A stretch of DNA of 54,360 nt from a virus. Both the position numbers and the translations under genes were made by a program. The DNA is taken from UHGV virus genome UHGV-1841366, one strand, 5' to 3'. Below are positions 1 through 8,439 of the stretch, piece after piece (positions within the stretch are counted from its first letter, which is position 1; each line of letters starts with the position of its first letter). The notes below the pieces were generated by a model. That model was not told where the DNA came from and searched no databases. It saw only the letters and a list, made by a program, of their open reading frames with translations.

Positions 1-20
1 TTAAGCAACCATTCTTCACA

Positions 21-48
21 ATGCCCGGCAACACGCTGGGCATTTTTA
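21..48 (+). terminator. rho-independent terminator-like hairpin
   Basis: 9-bp stem (ATGCCCGGC / GCTGGGCAT, one G-U) with 5-nt loop followed by TTTTTA; read directly from sequence. Confidence 0.55.
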
Positions 49-84
49 TATAGACACAATCCCTTCTGACTTTAACAAACCCTA

Positions 85-97
85 AAACAATTTGTTT
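85..97. promoter_or_regulatory. palindromic motif AAACAA-N-TTGTTT (copy 1)
   Basis: Perfect 6-1-6 inverted repeat; same motif recurs at 136-148, 2561-2573, 19186-19198, 46517-46529, 48549-48561 and degenerate copies elsewhere. Confidence 0.5.
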
Positions 98-135
98 TCT
101 GCCTTTTGTTAATTGAGATAATAAGCCACATAAGA

Positions 136-148
136 AAACAAATTGTTT
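136..148. promoter_or_regulatory. palindromic motif AAACAA-N-TTGTTT (copy 2)
   Basis: Perfect inverted repeat, immediately upstream of GGAG and the ATG at 162. Confidence 0.5.
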
Positions 149-161
149 CGGAGTGGTTGAA

Positions 162-461
162 ATGTTGAACATTACCCAAGCCTACCAGGTGGCATTGATC
201 AGTTCATCTCATACATCAGAGGAAGATGCTCGCCGATTCATGATCGCAAGCAATGAGCTGGATTGGGTTTCGCAAATTGACGGCGGTTGTATTGTCCACG
301 CCGGGTTACAGGATGATGTCTGGAAAGACGACTTGCGTCGATATGGTATATCCGAAGGCGCGATTGCTAACATTCAGAAAGTACTTGATGTAGGCTTTGA
401 CTCTGTACATTTTGATTGTGGTGCGCCGGTCGTTGAAGGGCTTGAGTGCTGGAACTGGTAA
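162..461 (+). CDS. hypothetical protein
   Basis: ORF-track frame 153..461; ATG at 162 lies 9 nt after GGAG. No recognisable domain. Confidence 0.5.
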   Translation: MLNITQAYQVALISSSHTSEEDARRFMIASNELDWVSQIDGGCIVHAGLQDDVWKDDLRRYGISEGAIANIQKVLDVGFDSVHFDCGAPVVEGLECWNW

Positions 462-589
462 ATCTGCAAACAGATTCAAACCGTTGATAATGGCGGTCAC
501 AATTTGATTCTTTTCTATAAGAATCCGTTGATCGCCACTACTCCCCTTCCATATCTGCAATCACATCCTTAAATATCAATAAGTTATAG

Positions 590-1330
590 TTGTTTATACA
601 AACCAGAAAACAACTGAATAACAGATCAATGAAACCTCAACACTTTCACCCGATTTGGTCTAAAAAATTGACGTTTTCACACATCACTTCTTATACCCGC
701 AATTCTACGCAGCAGACAGCGCCACAGCGTCCAATTTTCACCACAGACGACTCAACACACTACCAACAAAAACACACGCTCAAAATCGCTCCCGTTGCGT
801 TACACAACCATATAAACAACTTATTTTCAGGAATAACAAAACAACTAAATAACACATGCGCCATTCCCAAAAACAACCAACCTCTTTATGGCAGGCTACC
901 GAAAAGACCCACCTCTTCTTCCCAGGCTACCGGACAACCAACCTAACTTTCACAGGCAATACGAAAACATTCATGCGCGCGATACCCACGACACGCCATT
1001 CCCCAAACAGCGAAGAAACACCAGAATCACTGAAACCCCAACGAAGCCTGTTACCGCAAGGATTCTCTCAATCCCAAAAGACACGAAACATAACAATCAC
1101 GGGAAACGCCATTACCCAATACACGAATAACCACAAAAGCCTTTCACACACTCCAGACAAACAACTCAAACACAATAACGAAAGGAATCGCCCACCTGCC
1201 ATTACTCCATACACGGAGAAAAACAATCACCAAAACGACGAGAACACCCCATAGAAGAACCACCGCAAAACGAACGAAACCATTTACACCGACAGAGAGA
1301 ACAACACACCCAATTCACCAACAGAATTAG
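590..1330. other. A+C-rich (G- and T-poor on + strand) non-coding region
   Basis: Hand counts on 60-nt lines give about 68-77 percent A+C. The three overlapping + strand ORFs here are explained by stop-codon depletion in AC-rich sequence. Confidence 0.6.
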
Positions 1331-1454
1331 TCGCCGTATAGAACGTTCTGGAAGGAGTGAGCATTAACGTCCATAGAGAGGTTGAGACAGATAAAACACG
1401 AAGAAAACACAACATGTATAGCGAAGAAGCCAGGTATGTATAAGTGGGGAGGGA

Positions 1455-1478
1455 AGGAGGGGTGTCGCCTCCTTTTTC
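1455..1478 (+). terminator. rho-independent terminator-like hairpin
   Basis: Stem AGGAGG / CCTCCT with 7-nt loop followed by TTTT; lies just after the A+C-rich region. Confidence 0.5.
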
Positions 1479-1545
1479 GTATTTATTCAACTCCTGATTT
1501 TATCCCCCGTAACACCCCTACGGTCAGCCTTCGGTCCATACAGGG

Positions 1546-1675
1546 GAAAGGCTGCATCCCGCTACAGAAACGGCTGGATTGCCTTCGGGGAACGGCTGGA
1601 GGCTTTCAGGGAGACGGTCGAGTTGCCTTTGTGGGTTTCGGGAAAAGGCTCGATGCCGGTTCAGGAACGGCGGCG
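1546..1675. repeat. iteron-like array, six imperfect GRAAMGGCYG repeats
   Basis: Copies start near 1546, 1567, 1589, 1610, 1642 and 1664; spacing 21-22 bp with one 32-bp step. Confidence 0.6.
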
Positions 1676-2039
1676 TACAGGTATAGCGAGAGGGAGAGTT
1701 GCGGCTACCCACCTGTAATGTGCGGGAAGAAGAGAGACGCTCACGTGCAGGTGAACTTACTTACCGCTGGATTCCCTCTGAATGCCCAGCTACAGCGTAA
1801 TTGTGCCAGACAGTCAGCGGGTCACAATCGATTTCAGTAGGTTTTCGGGGAGAGGATTATTCTGTCCACCAGCCACCTTCGGCCACTAAATCAGAATAAT
1901 GTAAAAAGTGTACTCGGTACTGAACCTGAAAAATCACTGCCAAAACCACATTCACCGGAATAAAATCCTTTTTCGCCTTTGCGTTATTGCGATAATAACA
2001 CCAACAAGAAAACAACGTGTTTAGGCAAAGGAGAAATAC

Positions 2040-2216
2040 ATGTACAGGCATCTGAATGTCAGTATCACCCTCGATGACGTTATCCACTCTCAGGATGTAG
2101 CTGGTCGCGTGGTGACGCTCATCTCTGAAGGATACAGAGAAGGGATGTTTGATTTCCATATCGAGGACAACCCAATGTCCGTCGCGTGGAACTGCACGAC
2201 GTCAGAAACAAAGTGA
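2040..2216 (+). CDS. hypothetical small protein (58 aa)
   Basis: Not in the ORF track (under 60 aa). ATG at 2040 is 6 nt after AAAGGAG; translated by hand to a TGA stop at 2214-2216; a degenerate palindromic motif lies upstream at 2010-2022. Confidence 0.4.
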   Translation: MYRHLNVSITLDDVIHSQDVAGRVVTLISEGYREGMFDFHIEDNPMSVAWNCTTSETK

Positions 2217-2226
2217 GGGTGAATAG

Positions 2227-2445
2227 ATGATTAAGATGCCTGTGATGGTTGAGGTGTGGAACGTGGATTCCCTGGCCGAGTGCCTGGATGCAGTGGGGCC
2301 GGAGCTGTATCGCAAATTGTGGTCGTTCGTCCCGGCTGAAGGGGAATCACCCAAAGGGAAGGAGATCTGGCACCTGCTCAGTGAAGATGAACAGCGGGAG
2401 CTGGTGGACGCGGTACACATTGAGTTCCCGGACGACGAAGATTAA
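2227..2445 (+). CDS. hypothetical acidic protein
   Basis: ORF track; GAGGGTG precedes the ATG; acidic C-terminus (FPDDED). Confidence 0.45.
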   Translation: MIKMPVMVEVWNVDSLAECLDAVGPELYRKLWSFVPAEGESPKGKEIWHLLSEDEQRELVDAVHIEFPDDED

Positions 2446-2560
2446 GAGTGAGGCCACCAGCACGGTGGCTTTTTGCTGTTTGCAACCTCCGGGGCAGCGC
2501 AGCGCCGTAACGCTATGCTTTGTAGCCTTTTTCTTACTGGTATTATTTACGCCATTGAGA

Positions 2561-2573
2561 AAACAAGTTGTTT
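2561..2573. promoter_or_regulatory. palindromic motif AAACAA-N-TTGTTT (copy 3)
   Basis: Perfect inverted repeat followed by ACGGAG and the ATG at 2585. Confidence 0.5.
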
Positions 2574-2584
2574 ACGGAGTTGTG

Positions 2585-2899
2585 ATGAAAAAATCATTGG
2601 TTCTTGGTCTGGACAAAGACCAGAAGAGAAAAGAGAAGCCTGCACTGGTTGCTCAATTAACTTTGCTGGACATCGTTGCCAATGGAACCTCTATTCGTCT
2701 GTTCCGTGAAACAGCGGTGTCTTTCGATAAAAACACCTTTACTCGTTATGTAATGAATGTTCGTCGCCAGCGTGGAAAAGGCTGGGTGGCATTTCAAAGA
2801 ATGTGGCCTGCACATCAGCTCGAGCTGGCTTTGATGGAAGTAAACCGCGTGGCCCAGCAAGAAATTCAGAGAGCATCAGTGATGGCAACAGCCTGGTAA
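2585..2899 (+). CDS. hypothetical protein
   Basis: In-frame internal start of ORF 2249..2899 (begins MKKSLVLGL); chosen because motif plus GGAG sit directly upstream and the longer N-terminus overlaps gene 2227..2445. Terminator follows. Confidence 0.55.
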   Translation: MKKSLVLGLDKDQKRKEKPALVAQLTLLDIVANGTSIRLFRETAVSFDKNTFTRYVMNVRRQRGKGWVAFQRMWPAHQLELALMEVNRVAQQEIQRASVMATAW

Positions 2900-2931
2900 T
2901 GTGCAAGTGGTAATTAGTCGACAGTACGACA

Positions 2932-2958
2932 GCCCCGACGTCCTTACGGGGCTTTTTT
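2932..2958 (+). terminator. rho-independent terminator
   Basis: GCCCCG / CGGGGC stem with 9-nt loop followed by TTTTTT. Confidence 0.7.
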
Positions 2959-3022
2959 GTATTGTAAGCACATACCTACGATCATAGAATAGAAAAATAA
3001 CTAATACACTACGGAGAGTGAA

Positions 3023-3418
3023 ATGACCGTTAAACGCGAAAAACTGACAGTTGATGTTTACTATGCCTCTGAAACCGCCGAAGGTAAGAATGTGGCAAAA
3101 ATTACCGTTGTTACGTACAACACCGAAACTGGTGCCGAAGTACAGGCCAGTACGATCGTGCGTAAAGGTGATGCCTCCGGCGGCGAGTACGCGACTCAAT
3201 ACCAGTCCATTCTCGATGCAACTGACCCGCTGCTGCTGAAAATCGAGAACTACTTCCGCCAGGTTGATGAAGAGGTGTTTGAAACCATGATGAATATGGT
3301 TAATTCCGTATTCACCTCCAGCCTGAACACCCGCACTACCTGGATTGGTCAGTACGGTCTGCGTATTACCTCCGGCATTCCTGCTGACACCTTAATCCCT
3401 GAAAGCGTATTCGCTTAA
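3023..3418 (+). CDS. hypothetical protein
   Basis: ORF track; ACGGAGAG upstream of the ATG; terminator downstream. Confidence 0.55.
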   Translation: MTVKREKLTVDVYYASETAEGKNVAKITVVTYNTETGAEVQASTIVRKGDASGGEYATQYQSILDATDPLLLKIENYFRQVDEEVFETMMNMVNSVFTSSLNTRTTWIGQYGLRITSGIPADTLIPESVFA

Positions 3419-3427
3419 TCCTCTTTA

Positions 3428-3455
3428 AATGGCGCGTAAACCTCGCCATTTTCTT
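3428..3455 (+). terminator. rho-independent terminator-like hairpin
   Basis: AATGGCG / CGCCATT stem followed by a T-rich run. Confidence 0.55.
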
Positions 3456-3535
3456 ATACCCGATAATAATTTGTTTTCTACCTTATCTGATTTGTGAAAA
3501 TGATTTCACTGAAGCAACTTAATAAGGAAAAAATC

Positions 3536-3910
3536 ATGGGACTTGATATCTACATCGAGACGCAGCCAAAAAACGATCTGAATAACGATACATCCAGATG
3601 GCAGGTTGGCTACTTCCGCAAGTTCAATGCGCTTGTATCGTGGGTGGAGAATAACGTTGGTATGGTTGAGAACTGTGAACTTGTGGAGCTTAACCGTGAG
3701 CATTTGCTGAAGCTGAAAGCAGACCTGGATTGTCTCAATAAAGAAAATTGCAGTGAAATAATGCCCACAATGGAAGGATTCTTTTTCGGCAGTCAGGAGT
3801 ACGACGACTTCTACTGGAGAGACGTGGATGAACTGAGAGAACTCACGGAACAGCTGATAGAGAATCACGATTTCGACAATAACAGACTGACGTTCTGCGC
3901 CTGGTGGTAA
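3536..3910 (+). CDS. hypothetical protein
   Basis: In-frame ATG (MGLDIYIE) of ORF 3494..3910 preceded by AAGGAAAAAA; the start at 3494 has no ribosome-binding site. Confidence 0.5.
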   Translation: MGLDIYIETQPKNDLNNDTSRWQVGYFRKFNALVSWVENNVGMVENCELVELNREHLLKLKADLDCLNKENCSEIMPTMEGFFFGSQEYDDFYWRDVDELRELTEQLIENHDFDNNRLTFCAWW

Positions 3911-3912
3911 AT

Positions 3913-4056
3913 ATGGGCGATTTCAAGAAAACCCTGAAGGAAAGAACCGAAATGGTCAGAAAGCAAAACGCCTCTTCTGTCATCAGATACGCAAGGCAGT
4001 TCAGCAAAAACAACAGACAGATTGAAGAGCAAATCAAATCAGTCATAGTCAGATAA
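3913..4056 (+). CDS. hypothetical small protein (47 aa)
   Basis: Not in the ORF track; ATG 3 nt after the previous stop, hand-translated to TAA at 4054-4056, followed by a strong terminator. Confidence 0.4.
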   Translation: MGDFKKTLKERTEMVRKQNASSVIRYARQFSKNNRQIEEQIKSVIVR

Positions 4057-4061
4057 GAAAC

Positions 4062-4104
4062 AGCGCCAGAAAAGCCAACGGGAGCGATTCTGGCGCTTTT
4101 TTTG
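4062..4104 (+). terminator. rho-independent terminator
   Basis: 9-bp stem AGCGCCAGA / TCTGGCGCT followed by TTTTTTT. Confidence 0.7.
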
Positions 4105-4221
4105 TTCTGGTGACAGGATTACTCCTGTCAGGGCTGTTTCTTTTGTTACAGACGCTATCATGAAGACAAAAAGAGAAGGAAGATCACTGATAGGTCTGGG
4201 AGTTACTTCAGTTTTAAAAAT

Positions 4222-4278
4222 GCCTGCTTCCGTATATATAAATAATAAGTAACTTAATAAATATATACGGAAGCAGGC
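4222..4278. repeat. long AT-rich-loop hairpin, copy A of three
   Basis: GCCTGCTTCCGTATATAT ... ATATATACGGAAGCAGGC; near-identical copies at 19067-19122 and 47623-47669. Confidence 0.7.
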
Positions 4279-4530
4279 ACTGTTAAGACTCCAGAAGTGA
4301 GCAAAAATCAACCTAAAAAGACACTGAACTCACCAGAATAAACTTAACCAGCCAGTACAGGCGCTGAAGTCTTCCGTAGCAGGCATCAAAGGGAATTTCG
4401 TTAAGGTACTTCAGCATAGGGTGGATGGATATCAAACCGTATGTGTATTGCCTCTCGTTTGATGCCTCCTGAAGCACCTTTAAAAGTTTTTTAAAAGCGC
4501 TACAATGACTATCAGATAAGAGGAGGTTTT

Positions 4531-4782
4531 ATGAGCTATCAAATTCTGACGACGACAGCAGCCAGCATTACTGAGCTGAAAAGAAACCCTATGGGCACTG
4601 TAGCTGAAGGTGAGGGGGAGGCCGTCGCAATCCTGAACCGGAATGAACCCGCGTTTTACTGTGTCCCACCAGAACTTTATGCCTACTATCGGGAACTCGC
4701 CGAGGACGCTGAACTTAACGCGATTGCAGATGAAAGAATGAAAGAACCGGACATTGTGAAGGTTAACCTGAATGACCTATGA
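4531..4782 (+). CDS. type II antitoxin, RelB/StbD-like
   Basis: 83 aa; overlaps the downstream RelE-like gene by 11 nt; C-terminus (DAEL...VKVNLNDL) resembles the RelB C-terminus as I remember it; GAGGAGG ribosome-binding site. Confidence 0.6.
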   Translation: MSYQILTTTAASITELKRNPMGTVAEGEGEAVAILNRNEPAFYCVPPELYAYYRELAEDAELNAIADERMKEPDIVKVNLNDL

Positions 4783-5053
4783 GCTGGCATTTGAACGCAG
4801 GGCACTGAAAGAATGGCAGAAGCTCGGCCACACTGTTCGTGAACAATTCAAAAAGAAGCTGTCAGAGCGCCTGAAAAATCCACATGTCCCCGCAGCCAGG
4901 CTATATGGTCATACTGACCGTTACAAAATTAAGCTTCGCGCATCCGGTTACAGGCTCGTTTATCAGGTAATTGATGAGAAGGTTGTTTTGCTTGTCATTG
5001 CTGTAGGAAAAAGGGAAAGCAGCGAAGTCTATCACACGGCTGATACTCGTTAG
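4772..5053 (+). CDS. relE: type II toxin, RelE/ParE superfamily
   Basis: 93 aa; the stretch YKIKLRASGYRLVYQVIDEKVVLLVIAVGKRESSEVY closely matches the E. coli RelE sequence as I recall it (not database-checked). Confidence 0.7.
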   Translation: MTYELAFERRALKEWQKLGHTVREQFKKKLSERLKNPHVPAARLYGHTDRYKIKLRASGYRLVYQVIDEKVVLLVIAVGKRESSEVYHTADTR

Positions 5054-5100
5054 CAAAGTGCGCCTTATATCCTCGCCTGTTGACTAAATCTCATAATAAC

Positions 5101-5314
5101 CTGAGGTCAATTTCTTCTGTTTGTGACCTCAGGTTAATTTCCTTTATTTATAACCTTAACTTATTAGGCTGCATTTTATTCCGCGTCATCGCTTCATTAT
5201 TTATGTATATGGCGACCTTATTTAATTACGCCCACCTGAACTTACTTCTTTTCCGCCTGTTTCATTCAGCGATAATTAACGCATCGAAACGAAACTAAAC
5301 GAAAGGAGTTAAAA
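5101..5314 (+). promoter_or_regulatory. leader region duplicated upstream of 6217 (copy 1)
   Basis: Perfect inverted repeat CCTGAGGTCA/TGACCTCAGG at 5101-5134, then a block about 85 percent identical to 6143-6216 ending in the ribosome-binding site and ATG. Confidence 0.55.
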
Positions 5315-6034
5315 ATGAGTGCGCGTCTTAAGAAGCTTATCAAAAAGCGTAAATCTCTTAAAGAACATGCAGAATTGATAAATTTAATTGAAAAACGTTT
5401 TCCAGTCATTTCGGATATTGAGGACTTCTATTGGGTGGAGAAATGTAAAGTTTGGGATGGCATTGATGATGTAAAAGATGTGGATGATTTTGTCAGCAAG
5501 TACAACCCAGACATTAACTACAAACTAGCTGATGATTTTGCTGGCTCGTCTAAAGATGATCCGCTTCCTGATTGGTTTAACATTGATGATTATCCTAGTT
5601 GCATGTGTACCACCTACACCAACAAAGATTTTAGTAAAGCGTGGTTTGCTATTGCTTATGGCTGTTATTTCAATAAGTCCGACGGAAGCAAAAGACCATA
5701 TTTTCTCGCTGAAATAGACTTAACCAGCGGAGAGATTACAGTACACGAAAACCACAGGAATCTAATGAAGCTTGTTGATAGCGTTCGCGTACTGGATACA
5801 GACGCCCAGCAATTAACGAACAATGCATGGTTCGGACTTGATGGAGTAAAAGGGGGTATCGAACTGATAATGGGTCATCTTTTAAATGAATACTCGGACT
5901 GGTATCATCCGCCACACAATCCGCTTGAGTCATTTGACGATCCGCTTGAGCCATTTGACGATCCGCTGAAGGACTACATCGATGAACCAATATATATGAT
6001 GGAATCTTTTCAATTAGATATGATTCCAGCATGA
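5315..6034 (+). CDS. hypothetical acidic protein, paralog of 8730..9377
   Basis: 239 aa, very D/E-rich; shares the block AWF..(16-18 aa)..LAEIDL(T/L)SG(E/K)ITV and a C-terminal LEPLESF/PLESFDD motif with the minus-strand protein at 8730..9377. Confidence 0.55.
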   Translation: MSARLKKLIKKRKSLKEHAELINLIEKRFPVISDIEDFYWVEKCKVWDGIDDVKDVDDFVSKYNPDINYKLADDFAGSSKDDPLPDWFNIDDYPSCMCTTYTNKDFSKAWFAIAYGCYFNKSDGSKRPYFLAEIDLTSGEITVHENHRNLMKLVDSVRVLDTDAQQLTNNAWFGLDGVKGGIELIMGHLLNEYSDWYHPPHNPLESFDDPLEPFDDPLKDYIDEPIYMMESFQLDMIPA

Positions 6035-6039
6035 CAAAC

Positions 6040-6070
6040 GCCACCAGTTAACGCTGGTGGCTTCAAGTTT
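6040..6070 (+). terminator. hairpin containing a Chi octamer
   Basis: GCCACCAG / CTGGTGGC stem, then TTCAAGTTTT; GCTGGTGG at 6053-6060. Confidence 0.45.
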
Positions 6071-6077
6071 TGCTCTC

Positions 6078-6216
6078 ATCACCTCAGGTCAAATTTCCTC
6101 GTTTGCAACCTCAGGTCAATTTAAGAATGATATCACCTGTATCCCTGAACTTACTTCTTTTCTGCCTGTTTCATTCAGCGATGATTATTACATCGAAAAC
6201 AAACGAGGAATTAAAA
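6078..6216 (+). promoter_or_regulatory. leader region duplicated upstream of 5315 (copy 2)
   Basis: Direct repeats ACCTCAGGTCAA at 6081-6092 and 6107-6118; block homologous to 5236-5314. Confidence 0.55.
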
Positions 6217-7143
6217 ATGAAACCAGTATTTTTGGGGCGAATTGATATTAGTGAATTGTTTTCAGTTAGAGATGGGTTCCAATATGACTGTGATTGCCTT
6301 GAACTTAATGGTCTTGAACGTGAATACAGATTGGCTATTGTGAATGATGGTAAGAAGACATTTTCTGTCGAATGTTTTGAAAATACTTACTTTAAGCAGG
6401 TGTTGAGAATAAGACAGCATGTGGAGATGTCAATTCGGGAAAACATCAAAAATAAATGTGAGTTTCTTGTGGTTAAAAATGAAGCAGATGAAATAAACTT
6501 TGTTACGTTCACTGATAGTGGTCGATTGGCTATGCTGGAGCTATTTCAGCTGATCGTTTCTAATAACAGTATAACAGAAGCCTTGAACAGTCTTTCAACT
6601 ATAGTATCAAGAGAAAGAGAAAACACTGGCGCTTTAATTGTAGAGGAGCTAGATGGAATACTCGAGAAGATCAAGAATAAAGAGCTGATTATAGAATATG
6701 GCAAGGAAAGTAGGAAAAATAATTTACATTCAGCTTTTCACTCCCCATATGTTGAGCGTTTGAATGGTTTGGCTGCTTTTGTTAATTTGGACTTTAATAG
6801 ATTTTTTAGTTCTTTTTTTACAGAGTGTGGGCTTGTTATTGTTGAGGTAAATAATGAGAACGATGTCCCCAAAATTATAGTACATTCGATGCCTGATATA
6901 TCTCTCAATGAAATTGGGGACAAACTGGAGAATTTATACGATGTAAAAAGCATGGAAGAACTCATAGAGTATCTGGCCATAAATGCGGTAGCCATGGCTG
7001 ATAATGATGTGTTTGGGGTTGGTGCACTGCATGAAGGTTTTCTTGACGCCCTTGAGCTTTACGGGACTGCTCGCTGGTTTCTGTCAGGATTAGTGGATGA
7101 TGCACCTTTACTCATCAATACAGATTATTTTTATTCCAGTTGA
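6217..7143 (+). CDS. hypothetical protein
   Basis: In-frame ATG (MKPVFLGRI) of ORF 6070..7143 preceded by GAGGAATTAAAA; the upstream part of the ORF lies in the duplicated leader. AT-rich. Confidence 0.5.
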   Translation: MKPVFLGRIDISELFSVRDGFQYDCDCLELNGLEREYRLAIVNDGKKTFSVECFENTYFKQVLRIRQHVEMSIRENIKNKCEFLVVKNEADEINFVTFTDSGRLAMLELFQLIVSNNSITEALNSLSTIVSRERENTGALIVEELDGILEKIKNKELIIEYGKESRKNNLHSAFHSPYVERLNGLAAFVNLDFNRFFSSFFTECGLVIVEVNNENDVPKIIVHSMPDISLNEIGDKLENLYDVKSMEELIEYLAINAVAMADNDVFGVGALHEGFLDALELYGTARWFLSGLVDDAPLLINTDYFYSS

Positions 7144-7346
7144 AAACAAGGCCACCACTGCTGGTGGCCTTAAATGACCATCCTGTCTCCCGCAGGCTAA
7201 AAACACCAACCTCTTACCTCCAGGCAACCGACAAACCCACCTGTTCCCGTCCGGCTACCGCAACTTTCCACTTTGACGCCTTATTCGTACAACCATAATT
7301 AACACCAACAAGAGAACAATTTGTTATTTAGAATAAGGAATCAATC

Positions 7347-7829
7347 ATGAATTTTATCGCTACTGTAAACGCACCCGCACATGGCAATATCGCTGTAACG
7401 TTCTCTGACACTGAAAAACGAGTACTTGGTGCATGGCGCGACAATGAGACGGTAGAACTGTCAGCACAAGAAAAATGCATTATTGCACGCGACATCATTG
7501 GCAATCGTCGTTACTCGCGGGTATTTGAGAAAGCGTATGTGGTAAATTCTGGGTTCGGAACGTTCGTCTTTCCGGTGCGCTCCGGGCGATTCTGCCAGTC
7601 CAAGCTGATTGAGTTCGCTACGCAGATTTCTGTCTGGATTAAAACTCAATCGTCGTTCAAATTTTCCGACGATGAAGCAGTATCGCAGGGGATGCGGATC
7701 GCCAACAATGCAATTAAATGCAAAAACATTACGTATACCGCTGGCGTTGACACATGGAGACTGTTTTGCGCTAACTTTATGCTGAATGTATACGCAAGCA
7801 ACCGCATCCACATCCTTGATGGCGTGTAA
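7347..7829 (+). CDS. hypothetical protein
   Basis: ORF track; AAGGAA ribosome-binding site; variant palindromic motif at 7314-7326 upstream; terminator downstream. Confidence 0.55.
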   Translation: MNFIATVNAPAHGNIAVTFSDTEKRVLGAWRDNETVELSAQEKCIIARDIIGNRRYSRVFEKAYVVNSGFGTFVFPVRSGRFCQSKLIEFATQISVWIKTQSSFKFSDDEAVSQGMRIANNAIKCKNITYTAGVDTWRLFCANFMLNVYASNRIHILDGV

Positions 7830-7838
7830 CTGAGAAGA

Positions 7839-7860
7839 GGGCCAGAAACGGCCCTTTCTC
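7839..7860 (+). terminator. rho-independent terminator
   Basis: GGGCC / GGCCC stem with AGAAAC loop followed by TTTCTCT. Confidence 0.6.
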
Positions 7861-7955
7861 TATAGCCACCAGCTGCCGCAGGGAAATTTTCAGAAACGGC
7901 TAGGAACGCATTCATGAGCCGACGGGAAACGGCCAGGATTTTTTCGGGAAACGGC
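7845..7955. repeat. cluster of four GAAACGGC repeats
   Basis: GAAACGGC at 7845, 7893, 7926 and 7948 (last two 22 bp apart), flanked by a 9-bp inverted repeat CCACCAGCT (7866-7874) / AGCTGGTGG (7989-7997). Confidence 0.5.
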
Positions 7956-8365
7956 TACATTTGCCTTTATGTAGAAAAAACATCGGGAAGCTGGTGGAAT
8001 CCAATCAGCGGTTGTCGGACAGGTGAGCGGGGAAAATCATTATGACTCTCGTCACCTGAGACATCCAGATTTCTTTCATAGCGTAATCACATACGTGATT
8101 AAGTGGTGTGATTATGTGAAAAATCACGCGCACATAATACGCGAGCGGATACGGAACAAAACAAAATGCAGATTCGCGCCGACAAATAAACGCGGATCAT
8201 AAAGCAAGACTAAAAGCCAATGATTAACTATGCGCTATAGCGCAATATAACGCATTTTAAGCGCGTTAATGTGTTAAGTAATGGGTATGTACTGGCAAGG
8301 ATATAAAAGCGCGTCCATGGCGTTATTTTGGCGCTTATTTTTATGTTGTTGGAGTGAGTTAAAGA

Positions 8366-8391
8366 CAATAAAAAAGCGCCATCATTGGCGC
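8366..8391 (-). terminator. rho-independent terminator (minus strand)
   Basis: GCGCCA / TGGCGC stem with 4-nt loop; on the minus strand it is followed by a T-run (complement of AAAAA at 8371-8375). Confidence 0.55.
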
Positions 8392-8414
8392 GTTATGGTG
8401 GGAGTATTGGAAAC

Positions 8415-8439
8415 GAAAAAAGCGCCCATAGTGGGCGCT
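8415..8439 (-). terminator. rho-independent terminator (minus strand, possibly bidirectional)
   Basis: AGCGCCCA / TGGGCGCT stem; T-run on the minus strand; just downstream of the stop of the minus-strand gene 8445..8675. Confidence 0.6.

Noticed and set aside
590-1254. Three overlapping + strand ORFs (590..946, 856..1254, 888..1130) encoding Thr/Pro/Gln/Asn/His-rich low-complexity peptides
   Set aside because: They lie in the A+C-rich region where stop codons are depleted by composition, overlap one another in different frames and lack ribosome-binding sites; treated as artefacts.
1382-1840. 152-aa + strand ORF
   Set aside because: It spans the iteron-like repeat array and a terminator hairpin; its repetitive G/R-rich translation mirrors the DNA repeats; no ribosome-binding site.
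2249-2584. N-terminal 112 codons of ORF 2249..2899
   Set aside because: Overlaps gene 2227..2445 in another frame and lacks start context; the gene was shortened to the internal ATG at 2585.
4039-4311. 90-aa minus-strand ORF
   Set aside because: Overlaps the terminator at 4062-4104 and hairpin repeat copy A; no ribosome-binding site; likely non-coding.
5080-5298. 72-aa + strand ORF
   Set aside because: Lies entirely in the duplicated leader upstream of 5315 and includes the inverted repeat; hydrophobic low-complexity translation.
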